DNA of 64,000 nucleotides, from positions 8,865-72,864 of the forward strand of contig CAVXNM010000031.1 in the NCBI GenBank assembly GCA_963763115.1. Reading direction: 5' to 3'. The position numbers were made by a program, and so were the translations under genes. This document shows, in pieces, positions 11,052 through 21,861 of this stretch. The notes beneath the pieces are model-generated. The model ran no database searches. It was not told where the DNA came from and saw nothing but the letters and a program-made list of their open reading frames with translations. The DNA is from an uncultured Gammaproteobacteria bacterium. GTDB taxonomy: Bacteria > Pseudomonadota > Gammaproteobacteria > UBA9214. The first letter of the stretch is position 1, and each line of letters starts with the position of its first letter.

Positions 11052-12950
11052 ATGCGCAATTTCCACGCGACAATCGCTGACCGACCCTCCCGTTTCCGGT
11101 CCATGCTGGCGCTGGCCTGGCTGCTCGGTCTGGCCAACATTTCGATGACTGCAGCTGCACACACCGCGGCGCGGGTACAGGAAGTGACTGGCCATCTCGA
11201 CGTACAGGATTCCCTGGTCTACGAGCTGCCTCGACTCAGAAAGGGCGAGACACTTTATGTCCATGCGGAAGGCATCACCAGCAATCTCGACCCCAGTGTA
11301 GGGGTACTAAAACCCGCGGTTGACGTGGACATCGCGCGCGAGCAATTTCGCACTGAGCTGGAGAAAATCCTCGCCGATCAGCCCGATTCACCGCAGGCCC
11401 TTGCCCCGCTCTTCGAAAAATATTTCCTGGCCTGGGACGACGACTCGGGCGCCGGCTATGCGGCACATCTGAAACTGGTGATCCCCGCGGATGGCGACTA
11501 TCAGCTCGTGCTCGGCAGTACTCCCCTGAGGCCGAGCTTCGGGGATTACCGTCTGTTGCTGGGTATCGACGCACCGCAAGTGCTGGGAGACAAGGCGGCG
11601 TCAACCGGCGACACCCTTGCGAGGCTGAAACAGGCGGTGTGGCAGGGTGAACGGCGGGTGCAGGAGATTTCGGGCACTCTGCTGCCCGGACAGGAATTCA
11701 CCACCGTGGAGCTGCAGCGGATTTTCACCGGCGAGACCCTCTCTGCCGTTCTGGAGACTGCCCCGGACGCGACGATGCCGGGACTGGTCCTTTACGACTA
11801 CGGTGACAAGCCGCTGGCCGCGGTGCCCGCCGGTGCGCATGACAATCGGATTACGCTCCAGTACACCTTTGAGGAAAAGGATGAGAACCCGCGTCTGAAA
11901 TTTAAACGTCCGCCCGGTCCGGAAGATGCCACGATCAACTTCCGCCTGCTGGTCGGGGTCAATGCTCCGGATGTTCTGACGGGACAGGCAGCCGCCGCGG
12001 GGAAACCCGTCGTACGGCCGGTGACGCCGGTCAAGATCGGCCTGCGCATGGACCAGATCACCGGGGTCGACCAGCGCTCGGAGAATTTCGGGGTGGTCGT
12101 CAGCCTGCTGCTCAAGTGGCAGGATCCCCAGCTTGCATTCGACCCGGAGAGCTGCAAATGCCGCCTGAAAATCTTCAACGGCGATGCCTTCCCGCAATTC
12201 GTCCTGGCGCAGGATACCGACTGGCCGGATTTCGTGCTCTTCAATCAGCAGGGCAACCGCTGGTCACAGAAACGCCTCGCCACCATCTACCCGAACGGAC
12301 AGGTGAGCTACCTGGAACGTTTCGGCGTGACACTGCAGGCGCCCGATTTCAAGTTCCGCAAGTTCCCCTTCGACGACCAGACTTTCGCCATACGGATCGA
12401 TCTGGTAGAACCGGCCTGGGACTATGCCTTTCGTGAACTCGAAGGATTCAGTGAAGTGGGCACGCGCCTCGGCGAGGAACAGTGGCTGCTGACCGGTTAC
12501 GATACCCGCATCACGACCGAGACGGACACCGTCGACTTCCCGACCTCACGCTTTACCTTCCGGTTTCATGCGACGCGGCATCTCGACTATTATGTGTACC
12601 GCATCTTTCTGCCCATCATGATCATCGTACTCGTTTCCTGGTTCGCGTTTTTCCTGCGCGACTATGGCAAGCGCGTCGATGTCGCCGGGGCCAATCTGCT
12701 GCTGTTCATCGCCTTCAACTTCACCATCAGCAATGACCTTCCCCGACTGGGTTACCTCACTTTCCTGGACGTCTTTCTGCTAACTGCCTTTGTCATCACC
12801 AGCCTGGTTTTCCTGCTGGCGGTATATATGAAACGCATGGAGACCGACGGGAAATCGGAAATGGCCCACCGCATCGATGCTCACTTGATCTGGATGTATC
12901 CCGTGGCTTATCTGCTGGGAACGGCGCTGACGCTGTGGTTCTACGTATAG
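11052..12950 (+). CDS. Prokaryotic pentameric ligand-gated ion channel with two extra N-terminal domains (DeCLIC-like)
   Basis: Signal peptide, about 280 aa N-extension (LAWDDDSG), ECD motifs VDQRSENF, NQQGNRWSQ, LQAPDF, FPFD, LGEEQW, and four TM helices including AFNFTISNDLPRLGYLT. Confidence 0.92.
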   Translation: MRNFHATIADRPSRFRSMLALAWLLGLANISMTAAAHTAARVQEVTGHLDVQDSLVYELPRLRKGETLYVHAEGITSNLDPSVGVLKPAVDVDIAREQFRTELEKILADQPDSPQALAPLFEKYFLAWDDDSGAGYAAHLKLVIPADGDYQLVLGSTPLRPSFGDYRLLLGIDAPQVLGDKAASTGDTLARLKQAVWQGERRVQEISGTLLPGQEFTTVELQRIFTGETLSAVLETAPDATMPGLVLYDYGDKPLAAVPAGAHDNRITLQYTFEEKDENPRLKFKRPPGPEDATINFRLLVGVNAPDVLTGQAAAAGKPVVRPVTPVKIGLRMDQITGVDQRSENFGVVVSLLLKWQDPQLAFDPESCKCRLKIFNGDAFPQFVLAQDTDWPDFVLFNQQGNRWSQKRLATIYPNGQVSYLERFGVTLQAPDFKFRKFPFDDQTFAIRIDLVEPAWDYAFRELEGFSEVGTRLGEEQWLLTGYDTRITTETDTVDFPTSRFTFRFHATRHLDYYVYRIFLPIMIIVLVSWFAFFLRDYGKRVDVAGANLLLFIAFNFTISNDLPRLGYLTFLDVFLLTAFVITSLVFLLAVYMKRMETDGKSEMAHRIDAHLIWMYPVAYLLGTALTLWFYV

Positions 12951-13402
12951 CCCGATTTCCTGGAGCGAGAGGTAACCCTCAAGCTCCTCAGACAGTTCGA
13001 CAACCCCGTTCAATCCAGCCGCTTTCGCAACGAAGGCCGTCTCATCGCGGCTGACCCTGACAACGAACGCCTGTTGAAACTCAGGCAGACCAGCGCTTGA
13101 TCGGATGCCCCGAGACGCACCCTGGGCAGAATGAAATCGCTGTTCCAGTGAGTCACCAGCAGCGGCGCGCCGGCGGCTGCCAGTCGACCTTTCGAAACCG
13201 CCCGTTGTCACGAAATTCATTGCACGGCAAGGGGGATGTCCGCAGCCGGTATCGCCGCCTTTTTCCTGTCTGACCGCGAAGCCGGATGCTAGAATGAGTC
13301 CGGACCCGTGCATGATACCTGCACGGAACTAATCGGTGCCGGTCGCGGACTACACTCTCGTAGCGCCCGTTCGCCGAGCCCGTTCGCCCCGCAAGGATCT
13401 TT

Positions 13403-14554
13403 ATGAAACAACGATTACTACGCCCGGCACTGGTCGGCGCCAGTCTGTTGCTCGCCGCCTGCAACCAGGCGACGTCACAGAACCCCCAGACACCGCCGCC
13501 ACCGGAAGTCGCCGTCATCGAAGTCCATCCGCAGAGCGTACCGCTGACCCGTGAACTCGTCGGCCGTCTGGCGCCGACACGGGTCGCGCAGGTGCGGGCG
13601 CGGGTGGCCGGCATCATCCTCAAACGCGCCTACAAGGAAGGCACCGACGTCGAGCAGGGCGAGGTGCTGTACCTCATCGACCCTGCGCCGCTGGAGGCGG
13701 CATTGCATGCGCAGGAGGCGGCGCTCGCTAGGGCGCGGGCCGACGCCGCCAACGCCGCGGCAACCGCCAAACGCTACCGCGAACTCGCCCAGAAGCAACT
13801 GATCTCGACCCAGGACCTGGATAACGCTCTCGCCAGCGAGCGCAGCACGGCGGCAGCAGTCAAGCAGGCGCAGGCCGACGTGGAAAGCGCCCGTCTCGAT
13901 CTGGGCTATGCCACCGTCACCGCGCCCATCGCCGGTCGCGCCGGACGCGCACTCGTGACCGAGGGCGCCCTGGTTGGCCAGGGCGAGGCGACCGAGTTGA
14001 CCACCGTCGAGCAGATCGATCCCATTTACGTGAATTTCAGCCAGTCGGTGACCGAGTTGCGGGAACTGCGGGGTACCGCAACCGCGCAGGACCCGGCGCG
14101 GGTGGACGTACTCCTGCAGGACGGGACGCCCTACCCGCAAACCGGCACGCTGGACTTCTCGGATCTTGCCGTCGATCCCGGCACGGGCGCCGTGTCGCTG
14201 CGCGCCGTGCTGCCGAACCCGGACCGTTCGCTGCTTCCGGGCATGTTTGTCAACCTGCGGCTGACGAGCGGCGCAATCGACAATGCCTTCGTGCTGCCCC
14301 AGGCCGCCGTATCGCGTGACGGCCAGGGCGCCTATGCCCTGACCGTGGACGCCGAAGGCAAGGTCGGGCAGCGCCGGCTGCAAACCCACGGCATGACGCG
14401 CACCGGCTGGATCGTCACGGGCGACCTGTCCGACGGTGACCGGGTGATCGTCGAGGGACTGCAGAAGGTGAAGCCGGGCGCCACCGCCACGACGGTGCCC
14501 GCGACCACGCCAACTGCCGATGCGGCCGATGCGGCCGATACCGCCGCGCACTGA
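13403..14554 (+). CDS. RND efflux periplasmic adaptor (AcrA/MexA-like lipoprotein)
   Basis: Lipobox LLLAAC, VRARVAGI, TAPIAGRAG, VDPGTG, LLPGMFV, VIVEGLQKV. Confidence 0.96.
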   Translation: MKQRLLRPALVGASLLLAACNQATSQNPQTPPPPEVAVIEVHPQSVPLTRELVGRLAPTRVAQVRARVAGIILKRAYKEGTDVEQGEVLYLIDPAPLEAALHAQEAALARARADAANAAATAKRYRELAQKQLISTQDLDNALASERSTAAAVKQAQADVESARLDLGYATVTAPIAGRAGRALVTEGALVGQGEATELTTVEQIDPIYVNFSQSVTELRELRGTATAQDPARVDVLLQDGTPYPQTGTLDFSDLAVDPGTGAVSLRAVLPNPDRSLLPGMFVNLRLTSGAIDNAFVLPQAAVSRDGQGAYALTVDAEGKVGQRRLQTHGMTRTGWIVTGDLSDGDRVIVEGLQKVKPGATATTVPATTPTADAADAADTAAH

Positions 14555-14566
14555 GGCGACACGCCG

Positions 14567-17500
14567 ATGCCAAGCTTTTTTATCGACCGGCCGATCTTCG
14601 CCTGGGTCATCGCCATCCTCATCACCCTGGCCGGCGGCGTCGCCATCTTCGAGCTGCCGGTCTCGGCCTATCCGCCGATCGCCCCGCCCCAGATCAGCAT
14701 CAACGCGGTCTATCCCGGCGCGAGTGCGGAAGTGATCGAAAAAACCGTAACCTCGGTGATCGAGCAGCAGCTCACCGGCGTCGACAACCTGCTGTATTTC
14801 GATTCGACCTCGCGTTCCAACGGCACGGTGCAGATCACCCTGACCTTCATCAGCGGCACCGATCCCGACATCGCCCAGGTGCAGGTGCAGAACCGGCTGA
14901 GCATCGCCCAGCCGCGCCTGCCCCAGGGAAGTGCTGGAGAATGGCATCACCGTCGCCAAGGCGAACAACGACTTCCTCATGGTGGTGGCGCTGCACTCGA
15001 AAGATCGAAGCTTCAATACCTACGCCCTCAACAATCTGATCGCCTCGCAGGTGCTCGATCCAATCCAGCGCCTGCCCGGCGTCGGCAGTGCTAGCCTGTT
15101 CGGCGCCGCCTATGCCATGCGCATCTGGCTCAACCCGGACAAGCTGCGCGGTTACGGACTGAGCGCCTCGCAGGTGCTCGATGCGGTCCGTGACCAGAAC
15201 GTGCAGATCGCCGCTGGCTACATCGGTGCGGAACCGGCCCCGCCGGGCCAGGGTTTCAGCGCCTCGGTCAATGCCGCCAGTCGCTTCACCTCCCCGGATC
15301 AGTTCGGCGACATCATCCTGCGCACCAACCCGGACGGCAGCAGTGTGCGTCTCAAGGACGTCGCCCGGGTCGCGCTCGGAGCCGAATCCTACGGCCATGA
15401 CGTGCATCTCGACGGCGATCCCATCGCCGGCTTCGCCATTCTGCTTGCCCCGGACGCCAACGCACTGGAAGTGGCCGATGCGGTGCGCGCCAAGATGGAT
15501 GAACTCGACGCCTACTTCCCGCCCGGGGTGAGCTGGCTGGTGCCCTACGACACCACACAGTTTATCCAGATCTCCATCCATGAAGTCGTGTTCACCCTGG
15601 TCGAGGCCGTGGTGCTGGTATTTCTGGTGATTTTGCTGTTCCTGCAGAACCTGCGCGCGACGCTGATACCCACACTGGTGGTGCCGGTGGCGCTGACCAG
15701 TGCCTTCGCGGGCATGTACATCGCCGGTTTCTCCATCAACGTGCTCACCCTCTTCGGCCTGGTGCTGGCCATCGGCCTGGTGGTGGACGACGCCATCGTC
15801 GTGGTGGAAAACGTGGAGCGCATCATGACCGAAGAAGGGCTGTCGCCGAAGGAGGCGACGCGCAAGGCCATGGACCAGATCACCGGCGCGGTGATCGCCA
15901 TGACCACGGTACTGGCGGCGGTGTTCATCCCGATGGCGCTGGTCGGCGGCAGCGTGGGCGTGATCTATCGCCAGTTTTCACTGACCATCGCGATCTCCAT
16001 GGCGATCTCGGCGCTGATGGCGCTCAGCTTCACGCCGGCGCTGTGCGCTACTTTGCTCAAACCGGTGCACGACGAACCGAACCGCTTCCTGCGCGGCTTC
16101 AACCGTCTCTACGGCGGATTGACGCAGGCCTATCTCGCACGCGTACGCCAGTCGATCCGCCACACGCCGCGCTGGATGATGGCCTTTGCCGTACTGGTGG
16201 GCGTGGCGATCCTGCTGTTCACCCGGCTGCCGACCAGCTTCCTGCCCGAGGAGGACCAGGGCTATGCGCTGGTGATCGTGCAGCTCCCGCCCGGGGCCAA
16301 CATGGAACGCACCGGCGAGGTTCTGCGGCAGATGGAAGTCATCATTCAGAAGCACCCGGCGGTGGAAAAGGTGCTCGATGTGGCGGGCTTCAGCTTCATC
16401 GGCCAGGGCGAGAACGTCGGGCTCGGCTTCATCCGCCTCAAGAACTGGGACGAGCGCCGCGCGGCCGATGAACAGATCAACGCCTTCATCCAGTGGGCGA
16501 ACGGCGCGTTGCAGGCCATCAAGGGTGCACGCATGTTCGTCATCAACCTGCCCACCATTCGCGGTCTGGGGCGTTTCGGCGGCTTCGATTTCCGCCTCGA
16601 GGACCGCGCGGGGCTGGGCTACGAGCAACTGCTGCAGGCGCGTAACACCTTGCTGGCAAAGGCCGCGGAGTATCCGACGCTCTACGGCGTACGGCCCAAC
16701 CAGCTGGAGCAAGCGCCGGAACTTCACCTCGAAGTGGACCGGGTGCAGGCACAATCCATGGGACTGTCTCTGCCGGATATCTATGACGCCATCCGCCTGA
16801 TGCTGGCGCCGGTCTACGCCAACGACTTCAACTACGAGGGTCGTGTGCTGAAGGTGCTGCTGCAGGCGGATGCCGACTTTCGCAGCCGCGTCGAGGACCT
16901 GAGACATTACTACATTCCCGGAAGCCAGGGCGGCATCGACAACATGGTGCCGCTCTCCAGCGTCGTGTCATCGAGCTGGACACTGGCGCCACCTGCGATC
17001 GATCACTACAACGGCCACCCCGCGATCCAGATCAACGGTTCCGCCGCGCCGGGTTACAGCTCGGGACAGGCCATGGATGCAATGCAGGAAATCGTCACCA
17101 AAGACCTTACCCCGGGCATCGGCTACGAGTGGTCCGGCCAGTCGCTGCAGGAGATCATCTCCGGCCAGCAAGCACCCGTTCTCTTTGCCCTGTCGCTGCT
17201 GGTGGTGTTTCTTGCGCTCGCCGCGCTTTACGAGAGCTGGTCGATTCCGGTGGCGGTCATGCTGGTGGTGCCGCTCGGCGTGCTCGGCGCGCTCAGCTTC
17301 ACCTGGCTGCGCGGCCTGGAAAACGACGTATATTTCAAGGTCGGCCTGATTGCGGTGATCGGTCTGTCGGCCAAGAATGCCATCCTGATCATCGAGTTCG
17401 CTAATACCATGCGCCAGCAGGGTCGCGGCGTGCTGGGGGCCACGATCGAGGCCTGCCGTCTGCGCTTCCGGCCGATCCTGATGACCTCCATCGCCTTCAT

Positions 17501-17699
17501 TCTCGGCGTGCTGCCGCTGGCTATCTCAACTGGCGCCGGCGCCAACAGCCGGCATGCAATCGGCACCGACGTGATGGGCGGCATGGTCGGCGCCACCCTG
17601 CTCGGCGTGCTGTTCGTGCCGGTGTTCTTCGTGGTGATGCGCCGCCTGCTCGGTGACCGGACCGATGGTCATGAAGCGGGCGAACAACGGGAGAAATAA
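14567..17699 (+). CDS. RND efflux permease (AcrB/MexB-like), with a +1 frameshift at about 14926-14928
   Basis: [14 protein letters not shown] (14567 frame) joins LENGITV... (14931 frame) if one G is removed from CCCCAGGGAAGTG; [36 protein letters not shown]. Confidence 0.93.
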
Positions 17700-17868
17700 G
17701 CGTGCAGGCGGCGGTCGGATCGTCGTGTGTTTTGTGGTCATGAATCAGTCGACCCCGGTTCAGATGCTGTGAAGCCTGTCATGGGATTCTGACGAAGTCT
17801 CATGCCCGGCGCCGGGTCGCCGTGACTACATCCCTGCAGGCTTGACGGCAGCATCCCTACACCGCAAC

Positions 17869-17889
17869 TCCCACCTTCGCGGGAATGAC
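17869..17889. repeat. Half copy of dRS3/REP-like repeat (CCC-N8-GGGAATGAC)
   Basis: TCCCACCTTCGCGGGAATGAC, same family as 47042-47177. Confidence 0.55.
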
Positions 17890-17914
17890 CGACCTAATCA
17901 GATCATCCATTAGG

Positions 17915-18523
17915 TCATTCCAGGGTGCTGAGAACCATCTCCAAGACCTGGGCCTCGGCTTCGGTCCAGTTTTCGAGCGCGGTTCTTTGGCGATCTGTTT
18001 CATGCAGTTCGTAGGCCCGTTGCGCAATCGAGGCGTGGTGCCGTGTCACCAGATCCTCGTGGCAGCCATGATAGGCTTCCCAGGCGGGGACCGCGCCCGG
18101 GCGCGCGGTGTGAATCAGGCCAATCGCGCATTCGGGCGACTGGCCGTCCATCCAGGTGAGATACCCCAGCACCGTCAGGGGCGCGCGACCCAGCCCCGCG
18201 GTACAGTGCACGTAAGTTCGATGCCCCACTGAATGCAGGCGAGCCAGGGCCGCGACCGCGTAGGGCAGACGCTCACGCTGGTTCGGGATGTCGAAATCCC
18301 GGACCGGACAGCGCTGCATGGCGAGTCCGAGGCGAGTGCCGTGCCGGTGCATGGCCTCGTAGTCGATGTCCCAATACGCCAGACACTCGTCATGCTGCAG
18401 CGACAGGACCGCGGATACTCCCGCGCCTGCCTGGATGCGGCCGAGATCCGCCGGCGTCATCGGGCAGGTCCCCACCACGATGTGCGGGGAGATTTCCCCC
18501 CAGTTGAGCGACCAGGTCCACAT
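17915..18523 (-). CDS. Dual-specificity phosphatase (SEX4/LSF2/laforin-like DSP) fused to C-terminal DUF2934-like motif
   Basis: CX5R motif VHCTAGLGRAP, RDFD acid loop, IVVGTCPMTPAD, LAYWDID; C-terminal IAQRAYELHE...NWTEAEAQVL. Confidence 0.85.
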   Translation of the reverse strand: MWTWSLNWGEISPHIVVGTCPMTPADLGRIQAGAGVSAVLSLQHDECLAYWDIDYEAMHRHGTRLGLAMQRCPVRDFDIPNQRERLPYAVAALARLHSVGHRTYVHCTAGLGRAPLTVLGYLTWMDGQSPECAIGLIHTARPGAVPAWEAYHGCHEDLVTRHHASIAQRAYELHETDRQRTALENWTEAEAQVLEMVLSTLE

Positions 18524-18538
18524 GGCGTTCGAGCAGCT

Positions 18539-18913
18539 TCAGTCACCCGCATTTGTCATAAGCCATGCCGAGGCCGCATCGTGTTCCACCGCCGGGAACT
18601 GCCTGACCTCGGCCGCAACAAAATGGGACGCAAGATGTTCCGCCAGTTCGCCGATTGCCGAATCGGTCACCAGGGCGACGCGTCCGATCTGGCGGTGATG
18701 ATCGTGAACAAACCTGAAATGCCGGATCATCGCCCCGAAATTCTCCCAGCCGGGGAAGTGTGGGGCTTCGACAAGGAGCCCGACCAGCGCCCCGTGCAAG
18801 GCGATGAAAGGATCGATCGCCTGTGCAAGCCGCTCGAAATCCTCCTGTTGCAGCACACCCTGCGGGCGGACGTAAAGCACGGCGTTATCCGTGTCCAGGT
18901 GATGTTCAATCAT
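18539..18913 (-). CDS. STAS/SEC14 (SpoIIAA-like, PF11964-type) protein
   Basis: FPGWENFGAM, HFRFV, IGRVALVTDS, EVRQF, AASAWL. Confidence 0.88.
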   Translation of the reverse strand: MIEHHLDTDNAVLYVRPQGVLQQEDFERLAQAIDPFIALHGALVGLLVEAPHFPGWENFGAMIRHFRFVHDHHRQIGRVALVTDSAIGELAEHLASHFVAAEVRQFPAVEHDAASAWLMTNAGD

Positions 18914-19073
18914 GTGATATTCCAGACTCCTGCCCGTCTATGGATGACCGGGCATCTTCGAGGTGGCATTCAATATTACAGGAAAATCCGGTATTACTTT
19001 ACGACGCAGGAGCGAATGGGCATGTGCGTCGGGCACAGGAAAGCGGCCTGGGGGTCTTGCGCCTGTCGTACGG

Positions 19074-19862
19074 TTAGTCCAGCCCGATGCGGCTGACGAG
19101 TCCGTCCTGTACCCAGCGACGCAGGTAGCGCGCCGCCTGTGCGGCCACCTGCGTCTCGTCGATCCACTCGCACAGCCCTTCACACATTGCCTCGAAGCTC
19201 TCGCCCCGCCGCAGCAAATCGAGGGCGCAGGCTTCATCAACAGGCGCGGAGCGGAAAAAGGTTTTCAGATCCCTGCGCCAGATAATCCAGGCCAGCGGAC
19301 ACTCGGCGGCGACCGGCGCTTGCGGCGGCTGCTGCTCCTCGATGGCCTTCCATAGACCAGGCACGTTCCAGAGCAGATCCAGCCGCTGCAGCGAGGGATG
19401 CAGGTCAAGATGCATGTACGCCCAGGACTCGGGTGGAATTGCGGTCACGTCCACGACGTCGATCTGCGGGCTGTCGAAAGCGTCGAAGGACAGACCCAGT
19501 GCCCACTCGAAGGCAGCCATCTCCGCGAACACCGGCAGCGCCCGCCAGCGATCGTCCTGGCGGAGAAACCCGGCGAGATGCTGACCGAAATAGCGGATGG
19601 AAAAATGACCGGAGGGATGGGCGTCGAGGTAGGCGCATCCGATGCGCTCGAATTCCGCGTCGCCCGCGACCGTATGCAGCGCGGGGAAATCCACCCGCAG
19701 CGCCTCCAGCAGCCGCAATCGATAGGCATCGGAATAGATCGCGAGCCGGGTTCGCACATTCACCCGCGGCGTGCCGACGATGTGCTGTGCGATGCGGGAA
19801 TCGCCGAGCAGCAGGTGGGTCTGGAGCTGTTCCTGAAGCTCGCGCAGACGACCGCCGCTCAT
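19074..19862 (-). CDS. bufC: DUF2063 partner protein (BufC/HvfC-like)
   Basis: [37 protein letters not shown]; overlaps the DUF692 stop codon. Confidence 0.9.
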   Translation of the reverse strand: MSGGRLRELQEQLQTHLLLGDSRIAQHIVGTPRVNVRTRLAIYSDAYRLRLLEALRVDFPALHTVAGDAEFERIGCAYLDAHPSGHFSIRYFGQHLAGFLRQDDRWRALPVFAEMAAFEWALGLSFDAFDSPQIDVVDVTAIPPESWAYMHLDLHPSLQRLDLLWNVPGLWKAIEEQQPPQAPVAAECPLAWIIWRRDLKTFFRSAPVDEACALDLLRRGESFEAMCEGLCEWIDETQVAAQAARYLRRWVQDGLVSRIGLD

Positions 19863-20731
19863 ACCGCGCCGGCCCGTTCCGGTGATTGACCGGCCACGTC
19901 GCCGGCAACGCGGCGGGCCTGGTCGAGTTCCTCCAGCAACTCGTCGAGCGGCGGGATGTTGTCGTCCCGTTCAATCAGGGTGGACACTGCGCCGAAGCGC
20001 CGGCAGGCGTCGGCATAGAGCCGCCACACCGGAGTAATCACCGGTTCGTCGTGGGTATCGACGAGATAGTCGCCGTGATTGCGATGCCCGGCGATGTGGA
20101 ACTGCTGCACCCGTTGCGCGGGCACACCCCGCAGGTAGTCACGCGGATCGAAGTCGTGATTGAAGCTGCTGACATATATGTTGTTGATGTCGAGCAGGAT
20201 CAGGCAATCGGCGCGTTCAGTGACCGCATTCAGGAACTCCCACTCGCTCATGCAGGAATCGTTATAGGTGAGGTAGCTGGAAACGTTTTCGATCAGCAGA
20301 CGGCAACCGAGGCAATCCTGCACCGCCCGAATGCGGTCGCTCACATGGACCACGGCCTCTTCCGTATAGGGCAGGGGCAGGAGATCATGCAGGTTGCGCC
20401 CGTTCAGCCCCGTCCAGCACAGATGGTCGGAGATCCAGGCCGGCTCGATGCGATCCGCCAGTGCCTTCAGCTGTGCCAGGTAGCCGCAGTTCAGGGGATC
20501 GGTGCTGCCGATCGATAGGGACACCCCGTGCAGGACGACCGGGTAGCGGGCGCGGATCGCTTCCAGAAAGTAAAGTGGTTTGCCGCCGGGGACGAGATAG
20601 TTCTCCGTCAGCGCCTCGAACCAGTCGACAGGCGGCGCGCTGTCCAGTATTTCCTGATAGTGCTGCGTGCGCAGACCGAGCCCGAAACCGAGACCCGGGT
20701 ACCGCGCCTGGCAAGGCGCTACATTCGCCAT
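19859..20731 (-). CDS. bufB: DUF692 multinuclear non-heme iron oxidase (MNIO; BufB/HvfB-like)
   Basis: [68 protein letters not shown]; ATG at 20731 with AGGAG RBS. Confidence 0.96.
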   Translation of the reverse strand: MANVAPCQARYPGLGFGLGLRTQHYQEILDSAPPVDWFEALTENYLVPGGKPLYFLEAIRARYPVVLHGVSLSIGSTDPLNCGYLAQLKALADRIEPAWISDHLCWTGLNGRNLHDLLPLPYTEEAVVHVSDRIRAVQDCLGCRLLIENVSSYLTYNDSCMSEWEFLNAVTERADCLILLDINNIYVSSFNHDFDPRDYLRGVPAQRVQQFHIAGHRNHGDYLVDTHDEPVITPVWRLYADACRRFGAVSTLIERDDNIPPLDELLEELDQARRVAGDVAGQSPERAGAV

Positions 20732-20831
20732 GTCGCTCCTGTCCGTGCGCCGTGCAGGTGCGGGTGGTTTGGGAATTTGCGGATAATAACGCCAGGGAGC
20801 CAAACGGGCTCCCTGGGTTCGATAACGGGTG

Positions 20832-21101
20832 TTACTCCTCGACTACCTTGCCACCCTTGGTAATGCAATCTTCCTGGCTGGCATGCACCCAGCCCTGGCC
20901 CTTGCAGCTGTTGTGGCCCTTGCAGGAATTGCTGGCGGTAGCGCATTCGGAGGTACCCTTGCAGGCGTTTATACCCATACACTTCACCTCCGCGCTTGTT
21001 GCGGTTTCCTCTGCGGCTGTCGCGATGTTCGCGGCGCCAAACAATGCAGCGGCGGTGGAGGCCAGAAGAAGTCCCGTCATTTTCTTGCGTGTCATCATCA
21101 T
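20832..21101 (-). CDS. bufA2: Secreted Cys-rich RiPP precursor (BufA2-type bufferin)
   Basis: Sec signal ending in ATA, then [32 protein letters not shown]...DCITKGG (6 Cys, three NxCKG); directly upstream of DUF692/DUF2063. Confidence 0.85.
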   Translation of the reverse strand: MMMTRKKMTGLLLASTAAALFGAANIATAAEETATSAEVKCMGINACKGTSECATASNSCKGHNSCKGQGWVHASQEDCITKGGKVVEE

Positions 21102-21276
21102 AATAGTTGTTCTCCATGAACCTGGATAAGTTGCAGGTAATTCCCGGAATATCTCCCGTCAGCTGCGTCCGTTCACGATTGTCGTGTGCCCCTGGGTTTG
21201 GCCGTGGCATTGCGCGAGAGACAAGAGTGAGATTAGCTGATTTGCACAAAATTACCAGTCATGCCATGGATGAACA

Positions 21277-21696
21277 CTACGCAGGAATATCGTCACGCTC
21301 CTCGATGGCCTCGATGAAACGCAGTCGTGGCGAGCCGTCCGTGCACTCTACTTGGTAGCCTTCGGACCAGGAAAGCCATTTCTGGATTTCGTCCCGGCGT
21401 GCGTCGGCATCGTCGCCCTCCAGGAATATAACCAGATAGGGCTTGTGACACCCGGTGAAATGCTGCAAACGGTGGCGCGGGTTGGTCAGTTCCCTGACCC
21501 GGTAGGGAAGACCACCGTTGGCGTTGATCTCCACCGTGGGGCAGGCGACCAGCAGGAATCGCGAGGGCAACCGCCCCTGATCCCGTTCCCAGCGTTTGAG
21601 TGCTCCGGATACGAAACCGGGGATGCCGATCGCGCTCCAGCTCCCGACATTCGGTGGTAACCCAATGATTTCCGGATGTTTCATGACGAATTCCAT
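21277..21696 (-). CDS. Hypothetical protein (139 aa)
   Basis: AGGAG RBS, globular-looking ORF divergent from the Lrp gene. Confidence 0.6.
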   Translation of the reverse strand: MEFVMKHPEIIGLPPNVGSWSAIGIPGFVSGALKRWERDQGRLPSRFLLVACPTVEINANGGLPYRVRELTNPRHRLQHFTGCHKPYLVIFLEGDDADARRDEIQKWLSWSEGYQVECTDGSPRLRFIEAIEERDDIPA

Positions 21697-21729
21697 AGTT
21701 CGACTCCTGGCGATAGTCCCATTGCATTA

Positions 21730-21861
21730 CGGTTAACGTCAGTCTATACGAAATTTTTACTTATTCCGCATACTGTATTAAATAATTATTTTATATCTTG
21801 GTTATTTCAGTAATATGTGAAATATTTTTATATTTTATTCTATTTAATAGGAATTTAATTC
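21730..21861. promoter_or_regulatory. Very AT-rich divergent promoter region
   Basis: Abrupt AT-rich tract in GC-rich surroundings between divergent genes; typical context for Lrp-family binding. Confidence 0.55.

Noticed and set aside
12950-13400. Possible gene on the minus strand between the channel and acrA
   Set aside because: Only shadow ORFs with no family motif
13475-20518. Many long antisense ORFs in the track (e.g. 13475-15016, 15978-16907, 19886-20518)
   Set aside because: Shadow frames of GC-rich coding genes with no independent motifs
21110-21140. ECF-sigma (SigF-like) promoter for the bufferin precursor (TGCAAC-N16-AGAA)
   Set aside because: Overlaps the RBS, is too close to the start codon and has a poor -10 match
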